Assembly: GCA_963817895.1 (NCBI GenBank)
Contig: CAWFQB010000002.1
Span: 448,001 to 512,000, forward strand
Reading direction: 5' to 3'
Origin: an uncultured Chthonomonadaceae bacterium
GTDB taxonomy: Bacteria > Armatimonadota > Chthonomonadetes > Chthonomonadales > Chthonomonadaceae
DNA: 64,000 nt
The notes under the pieces were generated by a model that was not told where the DNA came from, made no database searches, and saw nothing but the letters and a program-made list of their open reading frames with translations. Below, in pieces: positions 10,013 through 20,374 of the stretch. Position 1 is the first letter of the stretch; each line of letters opens with the position of its first letter. The position numbers and the translations under genes were made by a program.

Positions 10013-11344
10013 TTGCTGCGTCTAGTACGTGTACAGTGTCCGTTTCTGGTTCCCGTCCCACCCTTTGCAAGGCCTGGAATCACAAACCCGGTAATTATTT
10101 TGCGAATAGCTGCGAACATGGCGTGTTTGCAGTCGGCAGGAGCGCGCGTGGAAAACAATCGTCCCCCTATTTCGGAAGAACCAGACCCGCCGGACGCAGA
10201 CGCGGAAGCGGCTGTCGGAACTGGAACCCCTGCCGTTCCCCATCGTCAGCGTCCTGATGCTTCTGATTATCACGGCCCTGTTTCTGGTGATGTGAAGATG
10301 GGACAGGGAGATGTTCGGCGCGTGGCGTACTTGTTTGGCGACAAGGAGAACGATCTTATCCGCGCAGGACAATGGTGGCGGCTGATCACGCCTGTTTTCC
10401 TGCATGGCGGCTGGGAGCATCTGCTTGCCAACAGCCTGACGCTGGCGCTGCTTGGTATGCCGATGGAGCGCATTTACGGGTCGCGCAAATTCTTTCTGAT
10501 TTATATGCTGGCGGGAATTGCGGGCAATGTGAGCAGTTACCTGTTTTCCCCCGCCACATCGCTTGGCGCGTCGGGCGCGTTGTACGGACTGATGGGCGCG
10601 GGGCTGGTGTTTCCGTTGCGTTTCAAGCGTTTCATTGATCCGCGCGCCCGTAAAGCGTTCCTGACCCAACTGGTGTGGGCTGCCGGCATCAATCTGAGCC
10701 TGAACTTCTGGCCGAACACGGGCCTGCATCTGGACAAATTCGCGCATATCGGCGGAATGATTGGCGGGGGATTGGCGGCGTTGATATGGATGCCGGATGT
10801 ACTGGAAGAGGAACCGGCTCTCCCCTCTCAGCCGCTCGTTCTCTGGAGCGCGGTCGGGGTGATGCTGTTTACGGTGGGCATGGCTGGCTGGCTGCAATGG
10901 CAATCCGCGCAAAACACGAAACGGAGCGTCGCGCCCTATTACACGCTGAACCCGGAGGACCCCTGGTGGGGGTTACAGATTCCGGCGGGTTGGATACCCC
11001 GCGATACGGTCGGGCAGGAGGGGGTTGCATGGCAGGGACCGGATCATGCCACTCTGCAAATTCTGGACAATCAGGACGACCCTCAAATGTTGCAGGAGAC
11101 AGACGACGACCTGAAAACGCGCAAAGCGCAGAGGACGCCCTGTGCTGTGGACGGCAAGGACGGCATAAAGGCCGTCTACACAAACAACGATACTACAGTA
11201 GAACTGCACCGCATTGTTACGGACGGGCGCACCATCAACATCCTGCTGACCTGCCCCACCTCCGCCTGGCCGCGCGTACAGCCGACCTTTGAAGCCGTAA
11301 TTGCCGGCATACGTTTTATTCACGCGCCGAGGTTAGGGAAGTAG
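10013..11344 (+). CDS. Rhomboid intramembrane serine protease with extra C-terminal soluble domain
   Basis: WWRLITPVFLHGG..HL..N, GASG and AHIGG motifs; start uncertain (may be 10118 or later). Confidence 0.85.
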   Translation: MLRLVRVQCPFLVPVPPFARPGITNPVIILRIAANMACLQSAGARVENNRPPISEEPDPPDADAEAAVGTGTPAVPHRQRPDASDYHGPVSGDVKMGQGDVRRVAYLFGDKENDLIRAGQWWRLITPVFLHGGWEHLLANSLTLALLGMPMERIYGSRKFFLIYMLAGIAGNVSSYLFSPATSLGASGALYGLMGAGLVFPLRFKRFIDPRARKAFLTQLVWAAGINLSLNFWPNTGLHLDKFAHIGGMIGGGLAALIWMPDVLEEEPALPSQPLVLWSAVGVMLFTVGMAGWLQWQSAQNTKRSVAPYYTLNPEDPWWGLQIPAGWIPRDTVGQEGVAWQGPDHATLQILDNQDDPQMLQETDDDLKTRKAQRTPCAVDGKDGIKAVYTNNDTTVELHRIVTDGRTINILLTCPTSAWPRVQPTFEAVIAGIRFIHAPRLGK

Positions 11345-11430
11345 GTTGTTAGTTGTTAGTTCGATAGAACTAGCTAATTTTGCCAACTTAATAGACCTAT
11401 TTGCCTAACAACTAACAACCTAACAACCTA
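11342..11430. repeat. Inverted-arm element, unit (A)GTTGTTA/TAACAAC, between convergent genes
   Basis: taggttgttagttgttag ... ctaacaactaacaacctaacaaccta; each end contains the stop codon of one flanking gene. Confidence 0.85.
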
Positions 11431-12210
11431 CTTCCTTTCTATCGGCACAATGATCTCTTGTTGAGCCACTTTGTTGTCGTTCGCGGTCCAGAAGGAGAGC
11501 GCGACATGGACGTTCGGCCCGGCAATGCCATGCGGCAGGGGCAGGCGCAGCGTTGTGGTTCCGGCAGCGTCGAAGTGACCGGTGGCGTAGGTTGTTGTAT
11601 TCGAGTCGTGGGGCGCGTTGTCGGCGGCCAGTTCGGCATGGTAGGTAAGCGGTTCCAGCATAGCGGCCTTTACCGCATCGGCCTGCATGGAGACAACAAG
11701 CGTCCCGCTCGCCGGAGGCAGTCGCCGTCCATTCGCTATGGGTGGCGGTAATGGGTGGCAGCGTCAGGTTTTCGGCAGGCTGTGACTGCAAATGCAGAAC
11801 GCGCGCAATCAGGCCAAACGGCCCCAGCGCGGCCCGTTGGCTTTGTACCACCTCGAGGCTGCTCAGAGCAAGAACAAGCGCGGTGGCGGCGTAGGCCAGG
11901 GTTCGGGGCCGGAATAGCGTCGCGCAGATTGTCCAGACTCCACCCCGCGCTCCTGACCGGGGGCGCGGAATCTGGCGTGTTCCGCTTCCAAGTGCGCTTC
12001 CAGAGCGTGCATAATCCCGGCATGAAGGCGGGCCGGCGGTTCTACATAGGCGACTTGATCCAGTTGTGTCCAGACGAGTCGCAACGCGACCATCTCTTCG
12101 CGGCAGGCGGGACAGGCCGCCAGATGGTTATCCACGCTGACCGTCATGGCCGGGTCCAGCGCGCGTTCGATGTAGTCCGAAAAAAATTCGTTTGCCTGTT
12201 GACAGTGCAT
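11428..12210 (-). CDS. Zinc-finger (zf-HC2) anti-sigma factor; frameshifted
   Basis: MHCQQ...SDYIE...HLAACPAC ZAS motif; C-terminal part in ORF 11428-11688; directly downstream of the ECF sigma gene. Confidence 0.75.
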
Positions 12211-12223
12211 GGCGGTTCCTGAG

Positions 12224-12325
12224 AGTTGTTAGGTTGTTAGGTTGTTAGTTGTTACGTCTTTAGGTTTACATGTGAAACTACTTCTGAGAACCTGATAACC
12301 TAACAACTAACAACCTAACAACCTA
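12224..12325. repeat. Inverted-arm element, unit AGGTTGTT/TAACAAC
   Basis: agttgttaggttgttaggttgttagttgtta ... taacctaacaactaacaacctaacaaccta. Confidence 0.85.
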
Positions 12326-12359
12326 CCGAATGATTGCCTTTGGTTTGACGACACCCTTT

Positions 12360-12939
12360 TTAGAATAGTTCCTTCAGGGGCGTAAGTTTTTCGCGCAGGG
12401 TCAGGCGGGCGCGGTTCAGCCGGGATTTCACGGTTCCAATCGGCAGGGCCAGCACGTCGGCGATCTCCTCGTAGGAGAGTCCCTCCGTGTGGTACAGCAC
12501 AATCATGGCGCGTTGGTAGTCGGGCAGGGTATCAATGGCGGTTTGGAGCATATCGCGGCGCTCATGGGCTTCGGCAAGCAGAGCGGGCGTTGGGGAGGGG
12601 TCTTCCACCTGGCGGGCAACGCTGTTTTCTTCCAGTTCAATGTACTCTTCGAGCGAAAGATGCTGTTTGTTGCGCGAACGCTTGCGGCGATCCAGATAGA
12701 CATTCGTGACGATGCGAAACAGCCACGTTGAGAAATTCGAGTTCGCCGCGAAACAGCTTCAACGCCTGAAACACGCGAATAAACGCATCCACGCTGATGT
12801 CATTGGCCTCGTCGTAGTGACCGCTCAGGCGATAAGCCAGATTGTACACCCGCTTTTCGTAGCCCTGTATGAGCATATCGAAGGCGCGGCGGTCGCCCTG
12901 TTTGCACTTTTCAATTAAGAGTCGTTCGGTGTTGTCCAT
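12360..12939 (-). CDS. ECF RNA polymerase sigma factor (SigW/RpoE-like); frameshift near 12743
   Basis: GDRRAF...VYNLAYRL, then in the shifted frame NFSTWLFRIVTN, and region 4 GLSYEEIA...PIGTVKSRLNRAR. Confidence 0.88.
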
Positions 12940-12943
12940 GAGT

Positions 12944-13025
12944 TAGATACTAGATACGAGATATGAGATACGAGGGCTTGATGCTGAACACTTGTCCTTT
13001 CTCGTATCTCGTATCTCGTATCTCA
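12944..13025. repeat. Inverted-arm heptamer element, unit GAGATAC/GTATCTC
   Basis: tagatactagatacgagatatgagatacgag ... ctcgtatctcgtatctcgtatctca. Confidence 0.85.
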
Positions 13026-13532
13026 TCCCTTATTTCCCAGTTCGCGCAGCAGGCGTTCCTCTTCCTGAGAGAGCGTGTGGCTGGGACGGCCATCCTGAAT
13101 GGCTTTGGCGTAAACGCGGATGTCCATGCGGCTGTATACGCTGGTCAGTACCAGGCCGTCACCCTGCGCGTTCAGCAGGGCGAGGGAAAAACTCTGTTCG
13201 CCGCCCACGTCCTCGAAAGCGTCGTAGCGGAGCAGGTGAACGCGCTGCAAGCATCCGGGCATTTGCGCCTGTAGGGTGGCGAGGGCCTGTTCCAGCGCGG
13301 TCATGCGGCGTTCCGTTTGTTCCACTTTGTCCAGGTGCGCGTTCAGCGTTTGTTCCAGATTATGGCCTTCCCCGCCGCGAACAAGAGCATTGAGCCGCAG
13401 CGTAAGCCGTCGCAGGCGCACTGCGCTCGCAATCCAGGCGCACAGCAGGAACGCGACAAGCGCGGTCAGCGTCAGTAGTAACAGGGCGGCGTTGTCGCCG
13501 CGCAGCAAATCGCCGCGTACAATATCAGGCAC
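13023..13532 (-). CDS. DUF4446 family protein
   Basis: N-terminal TM, coiled coil, RYDAFEDVGGEQSFSLALL...YAKAI...LSQEE. Confidence 0.8.
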   Translation of the reverse strand: MPDIVRGDLLRGDNAALLLLTLTALVAFLLCAWIASAVRLRRLTLRLNALVRGGEGHNLEQTLNAHLDKVEQTERRMTALEQALATLQAQMPGCLQRVHLLRYDAFEDVGGEQSFSLALLNAQGDGLVLTSVYSRMDIRVYAKAIQDGRPSHTLSQEEERLLRELGNKG

Positions 13533-13545
13533 GAAGTAACCTCAC

Positions 13546-13649
13546 GAGATAGGAGATAGGAGATACGAGATACGAGGGCAATGCGTCCATTGAACCGGAC
13601 GTTCTTTAATGCCTCCTATCTCCTATCTCGTATCTTCTATCTCCTATCT
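13546..13649. repeat. Inverted-arm heptamer element, unit GAGATAG/GAGATAC, between divergent genes
   Basis: gagataggagataggagatacgagatacgag ... ctcctatctcctatctcgtatcttctatctcctatct. Confidence 0.85.
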
Positions 13650-13664
13650 TAAAAGGAAGCCGCT

Positions 13665-14207
13665 ATGTCTCGTTCCGTTCGTCGCCAGGTAGCGTTTGTC
13701 GCTGTGTTTCTCATCGTCGTGCTGGCCTTTGTGACCATGTTTCGCATGGCGGTGGTGCGCGGCAATTCGATGGAGCCTACGTATGTCAACGGCCAACTCG
13801 CGCTGGTGCGGCGGCGCAACGGGTTCAGCCAACCCCTGCGCCACAACGATGTGATTCTGGTGCGCCAGAAGCGGGATGTGATTATCAAGCGCGTGTACCG
13901 TCTGGAGGGCGAAGAGATGACGGACACCTACCCCTATCCGGTAAGTGGAATGCGCGAAGATCTGAAGGACTATTACGAGCAGCAGCCGGTGATGCGCGTA
14001 CTCGGCGGGCCACCCACCCATTACTTTGTTCCGAAAGGGTATCTGGTGGTGCTGGGCGACAATCAGCGCGTGTCGGAAGACAGCCGCGCCTTCGGCCCCG
14101 TTCCCCTGCGCGATGTTCTGGGCGTTGTCGTCAACAGCCCGCCCCCGCCCTACGCCGGGGAAGCGCTACAGTCCCCATTTGCGGGACAGAGCGGACGAAG
14201 GTTTTAG
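13665..14207 (+). CDS. lepB: Signal peptidase I
   Basis: GNSMEPT, IIKRV and VLGDNQRVSEDSRAFG motifs. Confidence 0.85.
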   Translation: MSRSVRRQVAFVAVFLIVVLAFVTMFRMAVVRGNSMEPTYVNGQLALVRRRNGFSQPLRHNDVILVRQKRDVIIKRVYRLEGEEMTDTYPYPVSGMREDLKDYYEQQPVMRVLGGPPTHYFVPKGYLVVLGDNQRVSEDSRAFGPVPLRDVLGVVVNSPPPPYAGEALQSPFAGQSGRRF

Positions 14208-14308
14208 GGTTTCAGGGTTTTAGGGTTCTATGTGTCAGGCATAAGAGACATTCTCAATATTCGACACCCATTCCCTAAAACCATAGAACCCTAAAACCCT
14301 GAAACCCT
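14199..14308. repeat. Inverted-arm element, 9-mer unit TTTTAGGGT/ACCCTAAAA
   Basis: ggttttagggtttcagggttttagggttcta ... ccctaaaaccatagaaccctaaaaccctgaaaccct. Confidence 0.8.
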
Positions 14309-14361
14309 CTCCCTCTCATTGTAGCACTTGCCGTCCCGCTTGTAAATACCGGATTGAAGCC

Positions 14362-14892
14362 ATGAGCAATACTGTACCCGACTTTCCCACTGTTTTATGG
14401 GGTGAAGCCCGCGCGACCTTTGTTCCTATCGGGTCTTTACTGCCTGACGGAAACATTGCAGCGGCTCTGGTATTCGCGTTTGAGGCGGGGCAATTCGCGC
14501 TTGCGGATATTGCGGGGCGCGGGTGGTGCATCCCCGGCGGCAGGCTGGAAGCGGGCGAAACCCCGGAACAGGCGGCGCGGCGGGAAACGTGGGAAGAGAT
14601 CGGCGCGACGCTCGGCCTGCTGCGTCCGCTCGGCCATTGCGTTCTGTTCGATCCCCTGCCCGCCTCGGATGCTTCGCCGCTTGCTCATGCTGAAGAACTT
14701 CCCACCCGCCTGATTGCCATGTACCTTGCCGATGTGCTGACGCGCGCCGAAATCCCGTCCGGCAGCGAATTGCAGGGTGTCCGTCTTGTGCCTTATGAAG
14801 ACCTGCCCGCGTGTTACTTTACGTGGGACGCGCTGATGGAAGCAATGTTCGCTTACGCAAGGGAAAAGGAAAAAGGAGAAAGGAGAAAGTAA
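14362..14892 (+). CDS. NUDIX hydrolase
   Basis: Nudix box PGGRLEAGETPEQAARRETWEEIG. Confidence 0.88.
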   Translation: MSNTVPDFPTVLWGEARATFVPIGSLLPDGNIAAALVFAFEAGQFALADIAGRGWCIPGGRLEAGETPEQAARRETWEEIGATLGLLRPLGHCVLFDPLPASDASPLAHAEELPTRLIAMYLADVLTRAEIPSGSELQGVRLVPYEDLPACYFTWDALMEAMFAYAREKEKGERRK

Positions 14893-14933
14893 CGGCAACG
14901 ACGCTTTTGCCTTTCTCCTTTTTCCTTTTTCCT
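14859..14933. repeat. Inverted-arm heptamer element, unit AAAGGA(G/A), between convergent genes
   Basis: aagggaaaaggaaaaaggagaaaggagaaag ... cttttgcctttctcctttttcctttttcct; the left arm encodes the NUDIX C-terminus. Confidence 0.75.
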
Positions 14934-15698
14934 CACTGATGCGCTGCCCATAACGCCGCATTGTACAGCACCGTTTGCACATTCTTGTCGAAATACGTCG
15001 GGTAGGTTTCGTGGCCGGGGCGGAAGTAGAACACGCGGCCCGCGCCTTCGCCCTCGCCGACGCCTTTGCCCGGCCCCGATGTAAAGCCTTCCGTTTTGCC
15101 CCGCCCGACTGTCCAGCAGATGCCGCAGGGGAAATATTCGCCGCCGGTGGGAAAGTAGGATTGAAAGACGAGGCATTGAGGCGGCGGAACGTCGAAGGGC
15201 GCGCCGTACATCTCCTCTCAGGGACAGCACAAAATCGGATACGCCTTTCGCAATCGGATGATGGGGGGCGCAAACGGTGATTTCTTCCACATCGGCGGGC
15301 GTTTCCTCGCGCCAGCCGCCCTTGAGATGGCCGGGACAGCCCAATACGGCCTGCAAGGTTTTGGAATAGTGCGCGGAGTGGAGGGCCACAAAGCCCATGC
15401 CGCGCTCATGAACGTGCCAGTACACGCGCATCATGGTATCGTCGCTGACTTCCCGGTGACGGGCATGTCCCCACCAGAACAGCACGTCCGTTTGATGCAA
15501 AACGTCGTCGCGGCAGCCCTGTTCCGGATCATCGAGATTGGCGGCAGTGGCGATGATTTTGCCGTTTCCCATCGCGTTCAAGCCACTCGCAATCGCGCCG
15601 TTGATGCTGTCGGGGTACAGCGATTTGGGCGCGTGCGTGGGCGCTTCATCCCACACCAGTACGCGAATCGGCTTTGTTGCAGTTGTATCGTCTGTCAT
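14933..15698 (-). CDS. ThuA-like (trehalose utilisation, class I GATase fold) protein; frameshift near 15220
   Basis: IRVLVWDE, DVLFWWGH, GMGFVALHSAHYSK, then EEMYG.PFDVP and GRVFYFRPGHETYP. Confidence 0.85.
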
Positions 15699-15868
15699 TG
15701 GTTTCCCTCTCCTTTGCAATCAAATTGGCGTTGTTTCTGAACTGCTGCAAGGTTGCGCATAAGCAGGCGAAAACCCTGCTTTCTGCGACATGAAATGTGT
15801 AAAGAGTTGTGGCAGCTACCACAATATGACGGCCTGCAAGCGTGGTAAAATAGGATAGGAGGAAATCC

Positions 15869-16141
15869 ATGAAACCAGAATACTATGCTGAAGATGAAGT
15901 GCAGCGGCGTGGGCGGGAACTGTATGAATGCAGTATTCGCGCTCAGGTAGAAACGGAAGCGAACATCGGCAAAATTGTTTCCATAGATATTGAAACAGGC
16001 GATTACGAGATAGATGCAGACTTGCTTGCGGCAGGGGATCGTCTGCTGGCGCGACACCCGGATGCCGCCATTTGGGGGGAACGCATCGGCTATGACGCTG
16101 TTTATGCGGTTGGCGGTGCGCGAACCCGGACAACGCTATGA
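15869..16141 (+). CDS. Small hypothetical protein (DUF5678-like)
   Basis: GGAGG RBS; RGRELYE...GKIVSIDIETGDYEID...RIGY; overlaps the next gene (ATGA). Confidence 0.65.
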   Translation: MKPEYYAEDEVQRRGRELYECSIRAQVETEANIGKIVSIDIETGDYEIDADLLAAGDRLLARHPDAAIWGERIGYDAVYAVGGARTRTTL

Positions 16142-16506
16142 TGCAAGGCTACGTCGTTGGTTCGCGGGCATGTTTGCCGGTGGTGATTTCATCGCCTATT
16201 CTGTCGGATGTACGCATCGTATTCGCCATTGATACAGGTTTTGAAGGGGCTTTGACCCTGCCCCTTGCAACAATTATAGCGCTTGGCCTGCCGAAGCAAC
16301 AGGAAATATCCGCCAAATTAGCGGATGGCAGCCTGACAAAAGTAGGCGTGTATCGAGGAAGCATTTTCTGGCACGGCGTAACAGTGAACCTTGCTGTTCT
16401 TGCTATGGATAGCGACCCTCTTCTCGGAACCTCTTTGTTGGACGGCAATCTCCTGTTTATTGATTGGGCAGATCAGGGCGAAGTTCGCATTGAACAGCGT
16501 CCGTAG
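16138..16506 (+). CDS. Clan AA (retropepsin-like) aspartic protease, AF_0612-like
   Basis: IDTGFEGALTLP, LADG and PLLGTSLL motifs. Confidence 0.8.
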   Translation: MMQGYVVGSRACLPVVISSPILSDVRIVFAIDTGFEGALTLPLATIIALGLPKQQEISAKLADGSLTKVGVYRGSIFWHGVTVNLAVLAMDSDPLLGTSLLDGNLLFIDWADQGEVRIEQRP

Positions 16507-16534
16507 CGTCGAATAAGGTAAGCAACTTCCTGCC

Positions 16535-17350
16535 TTACTCACCGGGGCGCAGGAGTTGTTCGGCGGGTGTGGTGTCGGACGCGGCTTGGGCGGGACGCAA
16601 CAGAATATCCGGGCGCGTGGCGGCGGGTTCGCTGGCCCGTAACAGGGTTTCCGCCTGCTGAAACCGCCCCGTGTTGCTTTCAAGATACAGCAGACACTCC
16701 TGCGCGGCAAGCGCGATGCCCTCCTTCCATTTCGCGGGGTACATCTTTTCATGCAGGCGACGGACGGCGGGAATGGCAGATGCATCTCCAACCTGTTCCA
16801 ATGCCTTTAAGCAGGCGAGCGTCAATTCTTTGTCATGATTGGGATGCTTCAACGGCAGCAATAATGCGGCTTTATCCTCTTTACTCCACAGTGGCGCATG
16901 GTCAGCGCGGATTTGCGGCAACAGGCGTTTGATCGCTCCACGTAAACCTTTTACTCCTACGTGTTCTTGAGCAAACTCCAGGCGCAACATTGGCGCGATA
17001 AAACGAACATCATTCACTTCAGATAATAACTCGCTAACGCGCCTGCCTGCCAAATTGTACTTTTTGGTGTAAATACCTTGTGCCATAGAGGAGATAATTG
17101 TCGTCAGAACTATCTGTAAGAAAGACCCAACGCCCTGATTGGGCAGATGCAGTAGGGCTGCCAACGCACACCCCAACATAAAAATTGCGATGTATACGGC
17201 CCATCCTCGCCGGAAACGCTTTCGTCTATTACGGCTTTCCAGAAGGACGAGTTGCAGCAGGTCGTCGGGCGGCAGGGCGCGGGCGTCGCGCAGGGCGGCG
17301 TCACGAATGGCGGGATCGCGGCTGTTGAGTTGGTTGAGAAGTTGCTGCAA
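16535..17350 (-). CDS. Hypothetical membrane protein with HEAT-like repeats and a repeated LLR(A/P) tail
   Basis: AGGAGG RBS before TTG 17350; two TMs; LKALEQVGDASAIPAVRRL; C-terminus TLLRAS..ILLRPA..QLLRPG. Confidence 0.7.
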   Translation of the reverse strand: MQQLLNQLNSRDPAIRDAALRDARALPPDDLLQLVLLESRNRRKRFRRGWAVYIAIFMLGCALAALLHLPNQGVGSFLQIVLTTIISSMAQGIYTKKYNLAGRRVSELLSEVNDVRFIAPMLRLEFAQEHVGVKGLRGAIKRLLPQIRADHAPLWSKEDKAALLLPLKHPNHDKELTLACLKALEQVGDASAIPAVRRLHEKMYPAKWKEGIALAAQECLLYLESNTGRFQQAETLLRASEPAATRPDILLRPAQAASDTTPAEQLLRPGE

Positions 17351-17374
17351 AGATGCGCCTCCTTTTGTCTTGAA

Positions 17375-17543
17375 CCGGCATATAAAATGCCGGGTATTAG
17401 GCCTACGGCCAATTGTCCTGTAGCAGTCCCATTCTGTCATTGAACATACCATTTTGAGTACATATCGCATAGTTTTCTAGAACCTTTTGTTCACCAGACG
17501 ATTGGCCGCAGGCCTAACTACCCGGCATTTTATATGCCGGGTA
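17375..17543. repeat. REP-like palindrome doublet (CCGGCAT-N5-ATGCCGG) in inverted orientation
   Basis: ccggcatataaaatgccgggtattaggcctacggccaat ... attggccgcaggcctaactacccggcattttatatgccgggta. Confidence 0.75.
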
Positions 17544-17555
17544 TCCTCAAATGCG

Positions 17556-20212
17556 CTACCGTCCCGCCAATCTTGCTCCCACCGTAGAACCGGGGTACGG
17601 CGTTTGGGAACCTTTGACGGCTTTCCATAAGACGCGATTCAATTCGTCCGGGTCGCAACGGTCGTAGGCGGAAAAGTCCAGTTTCGGCGCAGTTTTGGTA
17701 GAAGCGGTTTTGGCGGGCGTAGCGCGGGCGTTGAGGGCGGCAAGATCGGTACGCGGTTCCAGAACCCGGAACGGCGTCAGATCGGCGCGGTCGCTGAAAC
17801 TGCTGAATAGCGGGGTCGCGCCCGCGTCGTACTGCGTCATGGGCGGCAGGCCGAGCAGCAGTTCCATGCTGCGCAGAAAAGACGACGTGGTGTAAAACGT
17901 GTGGTCTACGGAACGCCGCTTGATGTACGGGCTGACGACAAGCCCAACGGTTCGGTGCGCGTCTACATGGTCCGGGCCGGCCTGCGCGTCGTCCTCAATC
18001 ACGAAAATCGCCGTTTTGGGCCAGAAGTGGGAGTGGCTGACCGCATCCACGATTTTGCCCAATGCGTAATCGTTGGAAGCGACAGCGGCCCAGGGCGTCG
18101 GCTGTCCGGGCGTCAGGCCAACCGTGTGGTCTTCGCCCAGCGACATCACCATGTAGTTGGGCCAGTCGCCGTTTTGTTCCGCCTGCTTCAACTCCTCGAT
18201 GAACGCATCCGCCCGCTGATAATCGCGGCGTTTGCCCTGCCGGGCGGCCAGTTCCCACGCCAGGCTGATGTGTCCGCGCAGGGCGGGCGAGGCCGAGGTG
18301 GCGACGGGCGCGGTTTCCGTATTGGAGGTGAAACTGGTAAACTCGCCGTATGTGCGGTACGTCAGGCCGTGTTTGGCGCAGTTGTCCCACAGATAGCCGC
18401 CGGGTGACGCGGATACCGCTTCGTTTCCGGGCGCGTCCCCGCGTGACGGCGTGGCGTAGTTGCCGGGATACACTTTCTCCGTCCAGTCCGTGCAAAAGGC
18501 CGCGTTGCACCACTGATGCCCGTCTTCCGACACTTCGCCGTTGCAGTACAGGTTGTCCAGCAGAACGAACTGCCGCGCAAGGGCGTGATGGTTGGGCGTG
18601 ACCGTTTCGCCGAACAGGGTTAAATTGGGGTCGCCGTTGCCGCTCTTGATGTCGCCGAACATCTGGTCATAGGTGCGGTTCTCCTTGATGATGTACAGGA
18701 TGTGTTCAATCGGCGATTTATGGCCTACGGAGGACGGAATAACGCTGTGCGCCGGTTTCTCCGCCGTTTGCAGTTAAATAATCGTCGCGATACGGGCAGC
18801 CGGCAATGACCTGTGACGTATACTGCGCCAGTTGTTTGTCGTCCGGCATGTCAATGATGGAAACCGCGCCTTCCAGCGTGGAACAGATGTAATCGAAGGT
18901 GACAACCTGATCGTGATTGGGGCCGTAGGATTGTGTCGGGCCGTTGTTGTAAATGGTCAGGCCCACTCCGCCACCCGACCGGGGAAAGTTCGGCTTGCTG
19001 CGCAGTCCTTTGCCCGCGCCCACAAACAGTTTTTTGCCGTCTTTGGAAACCGCAACCGCAGTGGGATACCAGCCGGTCGGAATAAAGCCGACAACCCGCG
19101 ATTCTTCTGGATGGCTCACGTCAATCACGGCCACGTCGTTGTTGTCCGCGTTGGTCACGAACAGGCGTTTGCCGTCCGGGGCAAGCGCGAGGGCGTTGGG
19201 CGTGCTGCCGGTGGGGGATTTGGGAAACAGACTGGTACGAATGGTTTCCTGAATGGCGTTTGTGGCCGTGTTGACGACGCTCACCGTATTGCTGCCGCGA
19301 ATTCGCCACCCACAGCCGTTTGCCGTCCGTATCGAACAGCAGCGCAACTGGCTGCTGCCCAACCGCAATATCCCCAACTTTCGCCAGCGTGGAAGTCTCG
19401 AATACGGACACGGACGCGCTGCCCTGATTGGTCACGTACAGGCGTTTGTGGTCGGGCGAAAGGGCAACGGCGTTGGGATGGTCGCCCGTTTTCGCGGTTG
19501 CTTTCGCTCTGCCCGTTTGCGGATCCAGCGCAAAGCAGCGTGTCCCGCTGATTGTTCAGCACATAGAGCGCGCCGTCGTCCGGGTTGACCGCGATGCCCG
19601 CGATCCAGGCGTTGGCCTTCGCTGTTTTGGGCCGGATATACGGCGCTTCCCGCCCGATTAGATTGCCGACCGGCAGGGGTTCTTTGCGGATCAAATCGCC
19701 GCCCCGCGCGTTCCAGCCGAACCGCCACAGCAGCCCGCGCCCGCCGCCCGACACGTACAAGTCGGGCAGGCTGTCACCTCGGCCCGTTGCGCCTGCCGCG
19801 CCATTCGTGGAAGTCGCAGCAGCCGTTGAGCCGAAGCGGGAACTGGCCCGAACGCCATGCCTTCCCACGTTTGATCCAGCGTTTGCGTGGTCTGTACCTG
19901 CTCGTTGTTGGCGTCAATGGCGAGAATCTGGCAGGGCGCGTAACCCGCCGTGCTGACCAGCAGCCAGTTGCCGTCCGGCGACAGGCGCATATCAAGGGGC
20001 ATATCTCCCGTTGCGATTTGCCGCCCCGCCGGCTGCAGAACCCACCCGCTCGGCAGCAGAACGCCCTCTTTCGCGACATGCGGCGTATCGGTTCGCGCCC
20101 GCGCCGTTGCCGCCATCTCTCGCGCTTTTTCCGCTGAGTATGACCGGACAGCCCACCATGTCAATGGCGCGGTACATGCCAGTAATGCTGATGCAGTGAT
20201 TTTGAGTCTCAT
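17556..20212 (-). CDS. Secreted YncE/YVTN beta-propeller + phosphoesterase (alkaline-phosphatase-like) protein; several frameshifts
   Basis: Signal peptide MRLKITASALL; LLPSGW.L.PAG; propeller repeats (GSTPNALALAPDG, IPTGWYPTAV); YIIKENRTYDQMFGD; EDDAQAGPDHVDAHR. Confidence 0.8.
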
Positions 20213-20224
20213 TTTTCTTTCCGT

Positions 20225-20246
20225 TACCCGGCATTTTATATGCCGG
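20225..20246. repeat. REP-like palindrome, third copy
   Basis: tacccggcattttatatgccgg, identical to the copy at 17519. Confidence 0.7.
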
Positions 20247-20374
20247 ATGCTGTAGACGCTTGTTCCCGATTCTGTTGTTGAGGATAATTCGACGCCACAG
20301 GCAGGAATTCCCGCCATGCAGGTACAATGGAGAGAGAAATCTATATCCAATCTCCGTAAAGGAACCAACAACCT

